DNA from: Macrostomum lignano
Taxonomy: Eukaryota
Direction of reading: 5' to 3'
Length of the DNA: 64,000 bases
NCBI GenBank assembly: GCA_002269645.1
Contig: NIVC01002654.1
Location: 1-64,000 of the forward strand
The notes below the pieces were generated by a model. That model was not told the origin of the DNA. It searched no databases and saw nothing but the letters and a program-made list of their open reading frames with translations. Both the position numbers and the translations under genes were made by a program. Positions 1-12,112 of the stretch are shown here, in pieces (position 1 is the first letter of the stretch; each line of letters begins with the position of its first letter).

Positions 1-600
1 TTGAAATTCTCCACGGTTGATCTCCTGGCCTTCCTCGATGGTGCTGGACTTCATGAAATAGAAGATTCGGTCAGCCTCATCGTTGGGAAGCTGGTATCAA
101 ACTGCAGACCTGCCTTGGGGTGAGCGTAGGCCACCAGGAGGTTGCTGTGGCTGCTCTGCAGGAATTCAGTCTCGATGAAGACCGCGTGCTCCTCAGTGAA
201 GGTTTCGTCCATCAAGTAGTCTGTGAGGACAATCTTGGACTTGATGAGATCCAGCACTGTCAGTTTGGCGGCCTCTGCTTCAGCTTCGCCGCTGCTGCTG
301 CCGCTGCTGCGGCTGCCGCGGCCTCTTCGTTGTTCTCAGCGATCGCCACCTCACCGCCTTCTCCATCCGCAGGCTGCTCGGCGCCAGCTGCGTCAGCTGC
401 AGCACTCGGCGTCGCTGGTGCTGCTGGCGGCGCCGCCTCACCGCCGCCAGCGCCGCTACTCGAGCGCGACTTCTCCTTTTCTGTGTCGGCTTTCTCCGTC
501 TCTTCGCGTGACATCAGCGGCCGTTCCATGTCGACCGGCAGGTGTTTATCAGGCGCCTCTGCGCCCTCCTCTGCTATGTTTGTGTCGCCGCTTGAGACAT
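1..600 (-). CDS. DNAH2: 5' coding exon of an axonemal dynein heavy chain (DNAH2-like N-terminus), with apparent single-base frameshifts; runs off the window start
   Basis: Joining frames gives ...LTDYLMDETFTEEHAVFIETEFLQSSHSNLLVAYAHPKAGLQFDTSFPNDEADRIFYFMKSSTIEEGQEINRGEFQ. From memory this resembles the DNAH2 N-terminus (WTQEHDAILEHF...GLKLELGMP...LVYFIR...ITWENFE). Frameshifts near 85-87 and 285-320; start either ATG 600 (needs a third shift) or ATG 529. Confidence 0.7.
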
Positions 601-2316
601 TGCAGGCAAGTCAGTTGAGTTTGTGTGCTAGACTCTGCAAACAAGATTTGAAAGCTTTTTAAATTTTTTAATTTTCCTAAGCAAATATTTTTCGTCTAAG
701 TTATGATTTTTAAAAGACATATACAAAGGCTGAAAATAATAAACACTAAAGACCTGGGTTACTACTGAAAATTCCCTGTAATTGTGTTCATCGATGTAAA
801 CATTATATTTATTGAAAGCATTGTACATGCTTCTTGAATCCACATTCAACGAATACCATTTAAGATAGTAAAATCCGAGCTACAATAATTTTCCCAGAAC
901 TATGTATTGAGGTAATTAGCTAAAGTGTGCCTACCATGAAATTCCGATATTTAGCAATATAAATCTAAATGAATTATAAATAAAACGTAACGATATGATC
1001 AAATTAATTCATGTAATTCTCTATTAGATTCATCCTGACTCTTCCCGTAGAATGATTAGTTATTACTCAATTATCAAAAAAATATTAGAATAGATTATAT
1101 AAAAACTCTGATTAAACTACACAAAAAGAAAATTTTAAACCGAAACGTAACACATTAAACAATGGTAAAAAACATTTGTTTAAAGAATTTTGAAAACTAA
1201 CTAGAAGTTGGTAAATGGCAAAGACACAAAATTCTACAAAAGTTGAAACTAATATTTAGAATTTCGAAAGAATTATTATTACAGTACACCAATAAGAACG
1301 CAACATACAGGTTTGCGTATTTCCAAGGTAAAGAATGTTTTAAGATTCATTCTAATCAAAGCCACTGAGTTGTCAAGGCGATATTTTTATGCTATCTTAA
1401 GAATATAAAACTTTTTTTTCATTTTAAACATGTATTTTGAAAAACAAAAGAGAACCATGTTTCGTGTGTAAAGTACCTAGACAAATAAAGCAAACCTGTT
1501 TTCTTATACTTGTCACTGAATTTGCTATACGCGCAAATTTGAAACGTAGGAAAAGTTGCAGGCAAAATTTTTATAATTAACTTTTAAACGATCGATAGTT
1601 TCAATCTGATAATCTCAAACCACGCACTGATTCACTTAGTGTGACTCAGCCTTCAGTTTCATTTACTGATCTATCTTATAGCTTATAGTACAAATACTTT
1701 CTATAACACATTAGACTAGAGTTTAGAGTGTAGTTGTAATAATTCTAATTTTACGCCCAAATTTGCAGGCTAACAAAGCTGTTTGACAAACTCGATTTAT
1801 CAGCATACGGTTAGGACTGCAAGTTGTTTTATTCCCATCTGGTTTGGCCTTTCACTTAAACAGTTGCACCAGTAAATTGCAGTAATACAGTAGGCCTATT
1901 GTTATTGTTAGGTATAATAACAAGTACTAGGCCCTGTAGCTTAAAATATAAAACTGCTTAAAAACGAAAGTATCTGGAAACAATGAAAATACAAATTGTT
2001 TCTATCATAAACTTCTATGCCTTGTTCTTGCTTCTGATATATTTGCTCTGGAGTATACATGTAAGTTGAAGTTTAAATATTTTGATATTTTAGTGGCTGA
2101 AATAAATTAAAGTTAAAATAATTCTTATTGTTTTGTTGTTTTAAAGCAAATTTAACTAGATTCTTGATGTAAAAGTATATTTAGCTATTGTCAAGTTCTA
2201 TAATTATATTACTAATAATATACCTAATAAATGTTTGCCATTGTACACACATACTATTAAAGTTCTAAGCCTCAATATAAAAAAGAGGAGATATGGGCAA
2301 AGTGAGACTGTGAGAT

Positions 2317-4252
2317 GGTCCCTGACATTTCGGTGACAAGACGTTTCGGTGACAGCCTTTTCGGTGACAATTTAGGACGTTTCGGTGACAAATTTAGACA
2401 ATTCGGTGACATGTTTTAAAAATGAAAGTTAATTTTGTCTGTAAGATAATAAACTCATGAACAAGACTTTTATACTCAGACCTCGTCATATTTTATTGTT
2501 TTGCGTTGATTTCATAACTGACTTTGTTATATCTCTACACTTAAAAAAGGGTCATCTGCATTTCTAGATAAGGTCAGTCGGCCGACGCGACACGTCAAGT
2601 CGCCTATTTTACACATTATAGCGGCATCATTTTTGCGACACTATCTGGATATATACCTGTGTTCAAGGCAATTTGTGTAAAAAATGTACATGTAGCATAT
2701 TTTCATGATCAAGTCGCCTGATCGATCTACTGTTTTGATGCAAACAAAGTTGTGGTTGTTGTATAGTTTGTTACTCTACTATCAGGGCTATGGAAGAAGG
2801 GGCCAGGACATTCCATTGCTTTATCCCAGCTGAACCCCGACCCCACTTTAATTTGTTGACCTGTTATATGGAAATAATGTATATACATGAAGAAATTTAG
2901 TCATGTACAATCTACATGTACAATTGTTGGCATGGTAGACCGGTAGACTGTTAATTGGCTGTATGATTGCTGACCATATTGACCAGGAAAGTCAAAGGAA
3001 AGAGGAGGGAAAGGACGTGAGGCCACTAAGTTAATAAATTGCATAGTTCACTTTTCAGAACTTACTTTAAATGTTTATTGCTATGCTACGTAAATAGGCA
3101 ATTCCAGTATTTAATCTTTCTTCATTGTTTGATCGATATTAGCACCTTTGATAGTTCAAATGTTGCAAAACAGTAAAGCTCGTTAAGTGAACCAATTGGG
3201 CTTAGTGAATTGAATTTCGATATCTACATGTATTTAATTACTAACAATGCTAATTCTAGAATGGCAACAAGCAACAATGATTTGGTTGCACGTTAATTGC
3301 TACCGTGATAAAGCAAAATCATTGCTAGCAGAGAAGCATTGCTTGTACGGTGATATAATGTTTGCTTTTGCCACGACACTAGGGTTAGCAAAGTACATGT
3401 AGAACAACGGCCATTGCGTATGAAATATGAATGGGCCCCCCCCATGAATTTAAAGACTCGGTATCCGAGAGGCGCTACGACTATATACATGTAACTTCTA
3501 CCAAACTCGAGCGATAGTTCTTCGAATTCTAGACGCATGCATAATTCACGGCTCTGCTGGTTCTAACCTTTAATCAGTCAAAATTTTAGTTATTTAATGG
3601 ACGCGATTACTGCCCAAAATGCAACAAAAAGCTCTTCTGCACTTATTTTAGCGCCGCGTCTGCACTTATTTTAGCGCCGCATCTGCACTTATTTTAGCGC
3701 CGCATCTGCACTTATTTTAGCGCCGCATCTGCATTATTTTAGCGCCGCATCTGCACTTATTTTAGCGGCAGTAGCTGCACTTATTTCAGTGCCGCAGGCA
3801 ATTTTGGTGCCGCAGGCGCTATTTTTTGCCGCCGTAAAACATGCACATTATTGATTTCCGTATATAACAGGTCAACAAATCAACAAACTTGACGTGTCGT
3901 GTCGGCCGACCATCAGTGTCACAATCACGTAGCAGAATAGGACACGTTTTTTTTCGGCTTCAGAAGCAGTCAATACATGTTTTGTGTACGAAAATGTATT
4001 CAGCCCGGCCGACTGACCTTTTCTAGAAATGCAGATTACCTTTTTATTCAAGTGTAGAGATATAACAAAGTCTGTTACAAAGTCAACGCAAAACGATAAT
4101 ATATGACGAGTTCTGAGTATTAAAGTCTTGTTCATGAGTTTATTATCTTACAGACAAAATTAACTCATTTTAAAACATGTCACCAAATTGTCTAAATTTG
4201 TCACCGAAAAGGCTATCACCAAAACGTCTTGTCACCGAAATGTCCAGGGACC
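2317..4252. mobile_element. Non-autonomous long-TIR DNA transposon (Merlin-like or MULE-like), 1936 bp, 8-bp TSD
   Basis: Ends GGTCCCTG(G)ACATTTCGGTGACAAG are inverted. Imperfect TIRs of about 270 bp (2317-2600 vs 4005-4252, plus 3887-3912) carry repeated TTCGGTGACA motifs. TSD TGTGAGAT at 2309-2316 and 4253-4260. Confidence 0.85.
3637..3797. repeat. 23-bp tandem repeat CTGCACTTATTTTAGCGCCGCAT, about 6 copies; related units at 20020-20100 and 31025-31090
   Basis: Direct reading. The reverse complement resembles GCGCTAAAATGAGTGCCTGCG found at 20 kb and 31 kb. Confidence 0.8.
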
Positions 4253-6708
4253 TGTGAGATCAGGTTTTTCTCAACATAGTCTCCCCCAACCAAGATGCAC
4301 TTATGGCATCTTGATTGCAGCGCCTCAATATTACTCTTGGAAGAATTGCACCAAGCAGCTCTCAAACCAAGCAATTGCAGCATCCTTCAGCATATCATTA
4401 GTGTTAAATCGCTGTCCACAGAGTGCCCACTTAAGATATAGAAATAGGTGGAAGTCGCTTGAGGCCAGGTCTGGTGAATAGGCTGTGTGTAGCAGCTCTC
4501 AGAACCCTGTGACACTGACAGCAGCCTTGGCAATCCTGCTGGTGTGGGCTGGTGCATTGTCGTGCAGCAGCACAACACCTCGGCTCAGCATCCCTTGCCT
4601 ATTTTCCTTGATTGCCTCGCATAGATGGGGCGATTAGGTCAGCGTAATAGGCGCCTGTGACTGTGACTATCTGCTTGTGCGGTAGAAAGTCCAGCAGCAG
4701 CGGGCCCTTGGCATCCCAGAAGACGGTCAGCATAATCTTGCCCGCACTGCATGCAGTCTGTGCCTTCAGTGGTGCAGGTGAACCAACTGGCAGCCACTGC
4801 TTAGACTTGGGATCGTGGTGATAGATCCATATCTCATCCCTGGTCACGCAGCAAGACAGAAAATTGGCAGGGTCCAGATCATAGGAGTCTAGGACAAGCT
4901 TTGAGTACTGCACCCATGCAGTCTTTTGGTCCTTGTCAAGATTTGTGGGATCCATCTGGCAGAAACCTTGGACAGATGAAGATACTAGTATAGGATCTCA
5001 ATGACTTGCAGGTCAGAGTCTAGTATATGTTGCAAGTTGCCTGACTTTCACCTGCCAGTCACTGTCAACCAGAGCCTGGATGCGCTAGATGTTGTTGGCT
5101 GTGACAGCAGTCTAGGGCGTCCATATTAGGGGTCATCTTTGAGCGAGTCACAGCCTCGCTTGAACTTGGCTGCCTAGCGCTTGATAGTGAAATATGAGGG
5201 GGCAATGTCAGCGTACACACTAGCCATGGGGCTTTGAATTTCAGCAGGCTTTGAGCCTTCCAGAGTCAGAAATTTGACCACTGCCCTGTGCTCAAGCTTC
5301 AATTCTTAAGAAAATGCCATGGGGTGCTAGAAATAAAATGGTGCAGTGGGACTTAGGGAATGCAGAAAATTCTAAAAAGTTGACAATAGACTATTAACAT
5401 GTGGCACTTTTAGAGCCTAAAGTTTCAACATTTTGCCACTATAAGATCTTGGTCAGGCTCGGAACTTTTTTAGTGCCCCTGTACTATTGTAGAATTAGCA
5501 AAGCATATAATAAATATGTGTAACAAAGATATAATCTATAGATAATGATAGTCTTTAAATAAAATTTTAGTTTTAGTCTTAAGGACTTTAATAAGGGTCC
5601 TTTGACTTTCTGAGTCTTTTAAGATAATTAAATTTTAGTAAAATGAAAAATAGGTTCTTTTAAAATGAAAAAATATTATAACAATAATATTAATTTAATT
5701 ATATAGAATTTCCAATTAAAATGTTTAATTTTCATTTCCAATTATTAAATATTAAATTTTATATAGAAAGTTTAAGATATAAAAATGCTTCAAATCAAAC
5801 CATTTTAAAAAGTAAGACACTATATCTTTTTTACTTTGGAAAATGAAACTTATCTAATAAAATGACTTATAAAATTTCATTAGGCTTTAGGGTCTAAAGT
5901 CCAGTAAAGTCCCTAGGGCCTAGTTTTAGTGAATTCAACTTAAACTTTAAGTTTTGCTTAGATAAATGAAATATTTATTTTAGATTAGTAGTAATACTTA
6001 TTGTGTATTATCTTATAATTTAATTTTTAATGTAATGTTTTTGAATGAAATTGTGCCAATATTTTTGTATATACTAACTAAATTGACTTACATTGTTATA
6101 AAAATATTATAAACTCAATTTTTAAGACCTTTATTAAAATAGAGAATAGTAAATGCCTTAAATAATTAAATAAGTTGTTATAAAGCATCAACAAGTGAAC
6201 AATAAACATCAAAGTTGAAAAGTGATGTTTGCTTTTAAAGGCTTGCAAGTTTTTAATAAATATTCTAACTAGACAATGTAGGGTCGACTTGGAAAAATCT
6301 AGCCTCCAAGATATATATGGCTAAGGTTTCTATTTCTTTTAAGCTCTCTTTTCTTTTCTTTCTCTTATCTTCTCTTCTCTCTTGTCCTCTTATCCTCACC
6401 TGGCTTTTGTTCTAGATGTCACCCATTTTTTATCCAGTTTTGGGGGTTCTTTCTAGGAAAAATCCAGAGAAAAGAAATGCATAAGTTGCACTCTTGGGTG
6501 AAAACTAGAATTTTAGCTAGATGAGTTGTTGGACCATTGTTTGACCCACATAATATAGAGCCTTATGTTTTGAAAAGATTGCTTTTATAATTCCTGCTTG
6601 TATATAGAACAATATTTTGAGACATCAGGCTATGTAGCTAGTTTATATTTAGCAAATCAACCTTTTGTCAATAATTAACAATTATTCTTCATTTTTCAAC
6701 CTTTTTAG

Positions 6709-6864
6709 ACACCGATCTGCCCAGTCTGACTAAGATCAGCTCAGATTGCAACCCAAACTATGCGGCCAACAACAGCTTCTTGGCCAAATTTAATCTCGGG
6801 AAACTCAAGAATCCAAGTGAAATCAGAGCCATGAAGGCCATCTTTTATGAGCTGCCATCTGGAG
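6709..6864 (+). CDS. Laminin-type EGF single-pass membrane protein, internal exon (phase 1/1)
   Basis: TTTTAG acceptor and GTGAGT donor; open frame (D)TDLPSLTKISSDCNPNYAANNSFLAKFNLGK...YELPSG; phase fits the 7359 exon. A possible upstream exon at 1285-1327 is low confidence. Confidence 0.6.
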
Positions 6865-6959
6865 GTGAGTGACGTCCAAATACTAAAAATGGTTTGTCTA
6901 TACGATATTTCCATATTCCATGTGTGATAGATTTCAGAAAAAATTGTAATGCACTATTA

Positions 6960-7230
6960 TAAGCCTAGTCAAAAAATTAGGAAAAGTCGGGGGTTCGATT
7001 CTCGACCCACTCAGAACAATTTGTTTCCTTGAGCAAGACACTTAACTCTACATTGCTTCAGTTCACCCAGCTGTAAAATGTGTGGCCAGCATTAGCTGGG
7101 GTAATTAAGGGTGTGTGGCGACCCCCCAGTCCTTGGACTGAACAGCCTTCAGATGCGCCGCGCAATAGCTGCAGCTGAGCTGTCGGTTGCACATCTGCCT
7201 ATTAGGGCAGATTTAATCAATTATTATTAA
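6960..7230 (+). mobile_element. tRNA-derived SINE family A (CORE-like central domain), degenerate head
   Basis: B box GGTTCGATTC; CCTTGAGCAAGACACTTAAC...CTGTAAAATG; high similarity to the copy at 41791-42093. Confidence 0.8.
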
Positions 7231-7358
7231 TACTTTGAATAAAGTATAAACTACGGAAAATATGAAGCTTAAATTAAATGGCAACCAAGGTGCCAATTTG
7301 CTATCTGGGCCCCCAGAAATGATCAGTAAAAGTCGTTTACCCGTGTTGCCCTCTTCAG

Positions 7359-7903
7359 AACGCCGCAGAGTTGAAATCAACAGTTGGGCTTCTCTGGAGC
7401 CGCAGTTTCAAGCGCCAGGGTTTCAACCCAACAGGCGTCACATCGGCTTCTTGACGGTCCGCCTGGCTGACGAGAACTCAACTAGCGGCCTCACCGAGTG
7501 GCTCTGGTCTCAGAAATTTGAATTCACCAGCTGCGGTGTTGAGAATCGGTCAGCTGTCTGTCTGTGCGATCCGGTCAATTCTTACAATGGTACGGAGTGC
7601 AGGCCCGGCTCACCGGACTGCCGCTGCACTCCGCAGGCCACCAGCTCAGACTGCAGCCTGTGCACCGACGGCACCTACAGAGATTATTCCCGCTACAGTC
7701 TTGGCTGTATCTCTTGTCAGTGCAGTCCGCATAACTTTGCCGGCCCGTGCGCCTGGAGGCACGTCGGCGACCCCGACTGGAGCCCTGGCGGCAGCGGCGG
7801 CGGTGGACTTAGCCAGCGAGTGTGCATCGGCTGTCGGCACGGGTTTGTGGGTGACAACTGCCTGGCGCCCAGAGATAATAGCGGCATGGGCCTGGCGGCT
7901 AAG
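7359..7903 (+). CDS. Laminin-type EGF single-pass membrane protein, Cys-rich exon
   Basis: CRCTPQATSSDCSLCTDGTYR...GCISCQCSPHNFAGPC...CIGCRHGFVGDNC matches laminin-EGF cysteine spacing; TTCAG acceptor and GTTGGT donor. Confidence 0.8.
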
Positions 7904-8029
7904 GTTGGTTATTATGTCTGCATAGTTTTTACTGTTTTTCTATGGTGATTTCATTTTATTTAAAATATTGCTCATCTTTTAAAGTATCTTATCTCATTTG
8001 TCAAAGATTTGCGTCTCAACATTATAATG

Positions 8030-8545
8030 TCACTCTCATTATCATGTAGTCACTCTTATTATCACTTAGTCACCCTTATTATCATATTGTCACTCTCATT
8101 ATCATATAAAGTCACTCTTATTATCATATTGTCACTCTCATTATCATATAGTCACTCTCATTATCATATAAAGTCTCTCTTATTACCATATAAAGTCACT
8201 CTTATTACCATATAGTCACTCCTATTATCATATTGTCACTCTTATCATATAGTCACTCTCATTATCATATAGTCACTCTCATTATCATATAGTCACTCTC
8301 ATTATCATATAGTCACTCTCATTATCATATAAAGTCTCTCTTATTACCATATAAAGTCACTCTTATTACCATATAGTCACTCCTATTATCATATTGTCAC
8401 TCTTATCATATAGTCACTCTTATCATATAGTCACTCTCATTATCATATAAAGTCACTCTTATTACCATATAAAGTCACTCTTATTACCATATAGTCACTC
8501 TGATGATCATATAATCACTCTTATTATCATATAGTCACTCTCATT
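8030..8545. repeat. 20-22-bp AT-rich minisatellite (GTCACTCTTATTATCATATA) in an intron
   Basis: Direct reading. Confidence 0.9.
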
Positions 8546-8589
8546 ACTGCATACTCGCTCTCCATCGCACTGCTCAAACACCCGCTCAG

Positions 8590-8868
8590 ATATTCCTGGT
8601 CCTGGCCTGCCTGCTCTGCTCACTCGCTCTGCTAGCCGCCTTTGTCATTCTGCGGCGCCAATGCCGGCGCCGAGCTCAGCGCGCCGCGCGCCACTCCCTG
8701 GCCGTTCAGCGCCTATTCAGCCGGTTCAAAGACGACACCAGCTTGGAGGCGGAGGCCGCGGAGTCCAGCGCCATCTTGGCTGAGGATGACGACTTGCAGA
8801 GGGCCACTCAGCAGCTGAGGCTGGGCGCTGACCCCGTGTACCAGCCTACCACCGTCTCCATCACGTGA
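8590..8868 (+). CDS. Laminin-type EGF membrane protein, last exon (TM helix and cytoplasmic tail)
   Basis: IFLVLACLLCSLALLAAFVIL followed by RRQCRRR stop-transfer; tail ends DPVYQPTTVSIT*; phase 0 fits the previous exon. Confidence 0.75.
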   Translation: MFLVLACLLCSLALLAAFVILRRQCRRRAQRAARHSLAVQRLFSRFKDDTSLEAEAAESSAILAEDDDLQRATQQLRLGADPVYQPTTVSIT

Positions 8869-8884
8869 TCTGCTGAGTAGGCTA

Positions 8885-9405
8885 GTGTCAGATCCAGTTG
8901 CTGACAGTGTCATAGAGAGGGTGTCAGATCCTGTTACTGACAGTGTCATAGAGAGGGTGTCAGATCCAGTTACTGACAGTGTCATAGAGAGGGTGTCAGA
9001 TCCAGTTACTGACAGTGTCATAGAGAGGGTGTCAGATCCAGTTGCTGACAGTGTCATAGAGAGGGTGTCAGATCCAGTTGCTGACAGTGTCATAGAGAGG
9101 GTGTCAGATCCAGTTGCTGACAGTGTCATAGAGAGGGTGTCAGATCCAGTTACTGACAGTGTCTTAGAGAGGGTGTCAGATCCAGTTGCTGACAGTGTCA
9201 TAAAGAGGGTGTCAGATCCAGTTGCTGACAGTGTCATAGAGAGGATGTCAGATCCAGTTGCTGACAGTGTCATAGAGAGGGTGTCAGATCCAGTTACTGA
9301 CAGTGTCTTAGAGAGGGTGTCAGATCCAGTTGCTGACAGTGTCATAAAGAGGGTGTCAGATCCTGTTGCTGACAGTGTCATAGAGAGGGTGTCAGATCCA
9401 GTTAC
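8885..9405. repeat. 36-bp minisatellite GTGTCAGATCCAGTTGCTGACAGTGTCATAGAGAGG, about 14 copies
   Basis: 12-aa periodicity in ORF 8885-9469; internal inverted repeat TGTCAG-N9-CTGACA. Confidence 0.95.
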
Positions 9406-11559
9406 TACTTACAGTGCCACTAATTCAAGCTACATGTCGAAGCACCTCGTTTATCACATCCGGTATTAGTTTTTTGTGCTAAAATTTTCAAAGTTCTGCA
9501 CCATTTATCAGCATAGACTGCAGACAATAGAGCTATAGTTGCACTGTTAAACACCGTTTTTATTTATCAGCTATTAATTTTATGGTTCGCGCATTTTAAT
9601 ATCCCAAATTTAACCAACACGCTCCCAATTTTTTATTAGTTGTTAGTTGAATACGCAACTCGCATGTCCAGTGCGCATTGGTCATGATATAGCTTCATCA
9701 TCTCCACGCGGTGAATTAAGGTGTTCAATGTACCCTTTAGTTACTGATAGCTTAGACTAACACGCAAATGTTGTGAATTTTATTGTTATAAAATATTTTG
9801 GCTGTGTTTTTACACTAATAATTTCATTTAGAATCACTAAGTCATAACTCATAATTGGAATCTGTCACAGTGTCTTGTATATTCTGTTGGTATATGTTTG
9901 ATGAATTTTTCTTATCTATTCATTATTGTCTGGTGATCGGATTTTTATTTATGCGCTTTTTTGCTTTATCCAGGTTTGTTCGATTCTGAGTTAATAGCCA
10001 ATCAGATCGGGTCAGGAGAGGCGGGACTGCAATGTACATTGAAGACGAACTCGTCCCCCGCAGCCAATCAAATCGGGGCTGTATGTACATTGAAAAAAAA
10101 ACTCGTCCCCCGCAGTCAATCGGATCGGAGCAGGAGACACTTTGATAAAGTGTGCAAAGTTTGCAAAACAGAGTATAAATTTTTATACCAATTTTAAACA
10201 TCCGCGTCATATGGTTTGAATTCAATTTTTCCGGTTTCAACTTTTTTTCTGTCTTGGTTTGGCTGTGCTTTTCTCGTTTAAGCTGCAACATTGCTATTGT
10301 CTTAATTTACCGTGTGAAATCTTTTCCATTTCTAGCGATTATTTCTGAGCAGCTGTTAGCAGTGTAACTATATAAAGTACATGTTTATATTGGTTACTTA
10401 TATCTACTACTTGTGAAAGACGCACAGCTTATGTTAAACCAGCGGCTGCTTAGCAGAGATGAATATTGTGAGCAAAGTTGGTAATAATGTTATTTTTACT
10501 CGCTAAATATATCAGATGCAACTTGCACAACTATCTCTATCACATAAAAAACGTTAAAGATTTTGTTTCAATAATTTCATCAATAAAGATTTGCGCCTAG
10601 CGAATAGGACTAGAAGTGGTTTGCAGTGAAACGCAGTGTGTATTTTAAAAATAAAACAGACACAACAAATTAAACAAGCGTAATAAAACTTACTACTACT
10701 GAAGATAGAAGTTATTAGTAGTAAGTAATGCAACCAGTAGCCAAAAAAGACGTGCGTGCGTAAGAGAGAATGTTTTTATCTACTGATACGATTCAGCAGA
10801 TTCGTGCACTTATATATTTTTAACTTATTTTAACAAACACGATTGACAGATAAGACTATTGGACTGGAATCCAGTCAGACCTTTATCCAGTCAGTCTCGT
10901 ACTGAAGAGTAGTACAGGCAATACGCATTGTAAAAGTACGCGTGTACTTTACTATTGCAAAAGTACATGCGCACTTTACTTGATCAAAAGTTGTGTACGT
11001 TTGTACACACGCAAGCCAAATGTACATGCATTATAGGGAAAAGTACCTCTAGTACTTAACCGAGAAAAGGAGCAATAATAAAATGAAGATTCGCTAAGTG
11101 TAATGAGTCATAGTATGGATACAAATCAAACTCAATAAGAGCACTAAGAAGCCGTAAAAATTCGAATACTTCGCACAAAGAGTAAAGCGTGGTGAGTTCT
11201 GTCCTGACTCCAGTCTGATCCATCACAAACTTAAGTTATATATTCTATTAAAGAGCAATAATAAAGGATTAGTTTAACAACAATTCGACAGCTGATGAGG
11301 ACTGAGGGATGCCGTTAACAGAAGATATCCGCATTATAAGTATAGTTTTGTAAGATCTGCATACGCTATTGAACAGAATCATTAAATTAAAATGTTTTCT
11401 GGGTGTTGAATAAAATGAAGGAATTGAAGAAATAAAAACAGTGTGCGGAAACAGAGGAAAAGACAGGTGGATGGATAAAAAGACTAAACACGGTGGTATT
11501 AACGGAACAACACATGAATGGGAAGGACGCAGGGAGATGAAGGGAAGAGACTGAAATAA

Positions 11560-12110
11560 GGGAAGAAGAGAAGAGACACAGTGAGATGAGAACAGACACA
11601 GGGAGATGAAGGGAAGGGACGCAGAACGATGAGAAAAGACACAGTGAGATGAAGGGAAGAGACGCAGGGAGATGAAGGGAACAGACCCAGTGAGATGAAG
11701 GGAAGAGACTGAGGTGAGGAGAACAGACACAGTGAGATGAAGGGAAGAGACAGTGAGATGAGGAGAACAGACCCAGTGAGATGAAGGGAAGAGACACGGT
11801 GAGATGAAGGGAAGAGACACAGTGAGATGAAGGGAAGAGACAGTGAGATGAGGAGAACAGACCCAGTGAGATGAAGGGAAGAGACACGGTGAGATGAAGG
11901 GAAGAGACACAGTGAGATGAAGGAGACAGGTCCAGTGAGATGAAGGGAAGAGACACGGTGAGATGAAGGGAAGAGACACAGTGAGATGAAGGAGACAGGT
12001 CCAGTGAGATGAAGGGAAGAGACACGGTGAGATGAAGGGAAGAGACACAGTGAGATGAAGGGAAGAGACAGTGAGATGAGGAGAACAGACACAGTGAGAT
12101 GAAGGGCACA
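11560..12110. repeat. Purine-rich 21-bp-based minisatellite (GTGAGATGAAGGGAAGAGACA) just 3' of the CRELD stop
   Basis: Direct reading. Confidence 0.9.
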
Positions 12111-12112
12111 GG

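Larger units (their letters stand above)
2246..5481 (-). mobile_element. Decayed mariner (Tc1/mariner) transposon, about 1.29 kb excluding the nested insertion
   Basis: Transposase remnants: EHRAVVKFLTLEG (about 5290), VTRDEIWIYHHDP and GKIMLTVFWDAKG (4599-4955), RCHKCILVGGDYVEK (about 4270-4315), with stops and frameshifts. TIR TA-CAGGGGCACTAAAAAAGTTCCGAGCCT at 5481; degenerate partner TA-CACACATACTATTAAAGTTCTAAGCCT at 2246. Confidence 0.85.

Noticed and set aside
120-662. Plus-strand 180-aa Ala/Ser-rich ORF, and similar antisense ORFs over the SLC16, POU6 and NWD-like exons
   Set aside because: Shadow frames of GC-rich coding sequence on the opposite strand.
8713-9469. 36-bp repeat array as CRISPR, and its periodic ORFs as proteins
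   Set aside because: Units are head-to-tail with no unique spacers and no cas genes, the context is eukaryotic, and the ORFs arise in several frames because the unit length is a multiple of 3.
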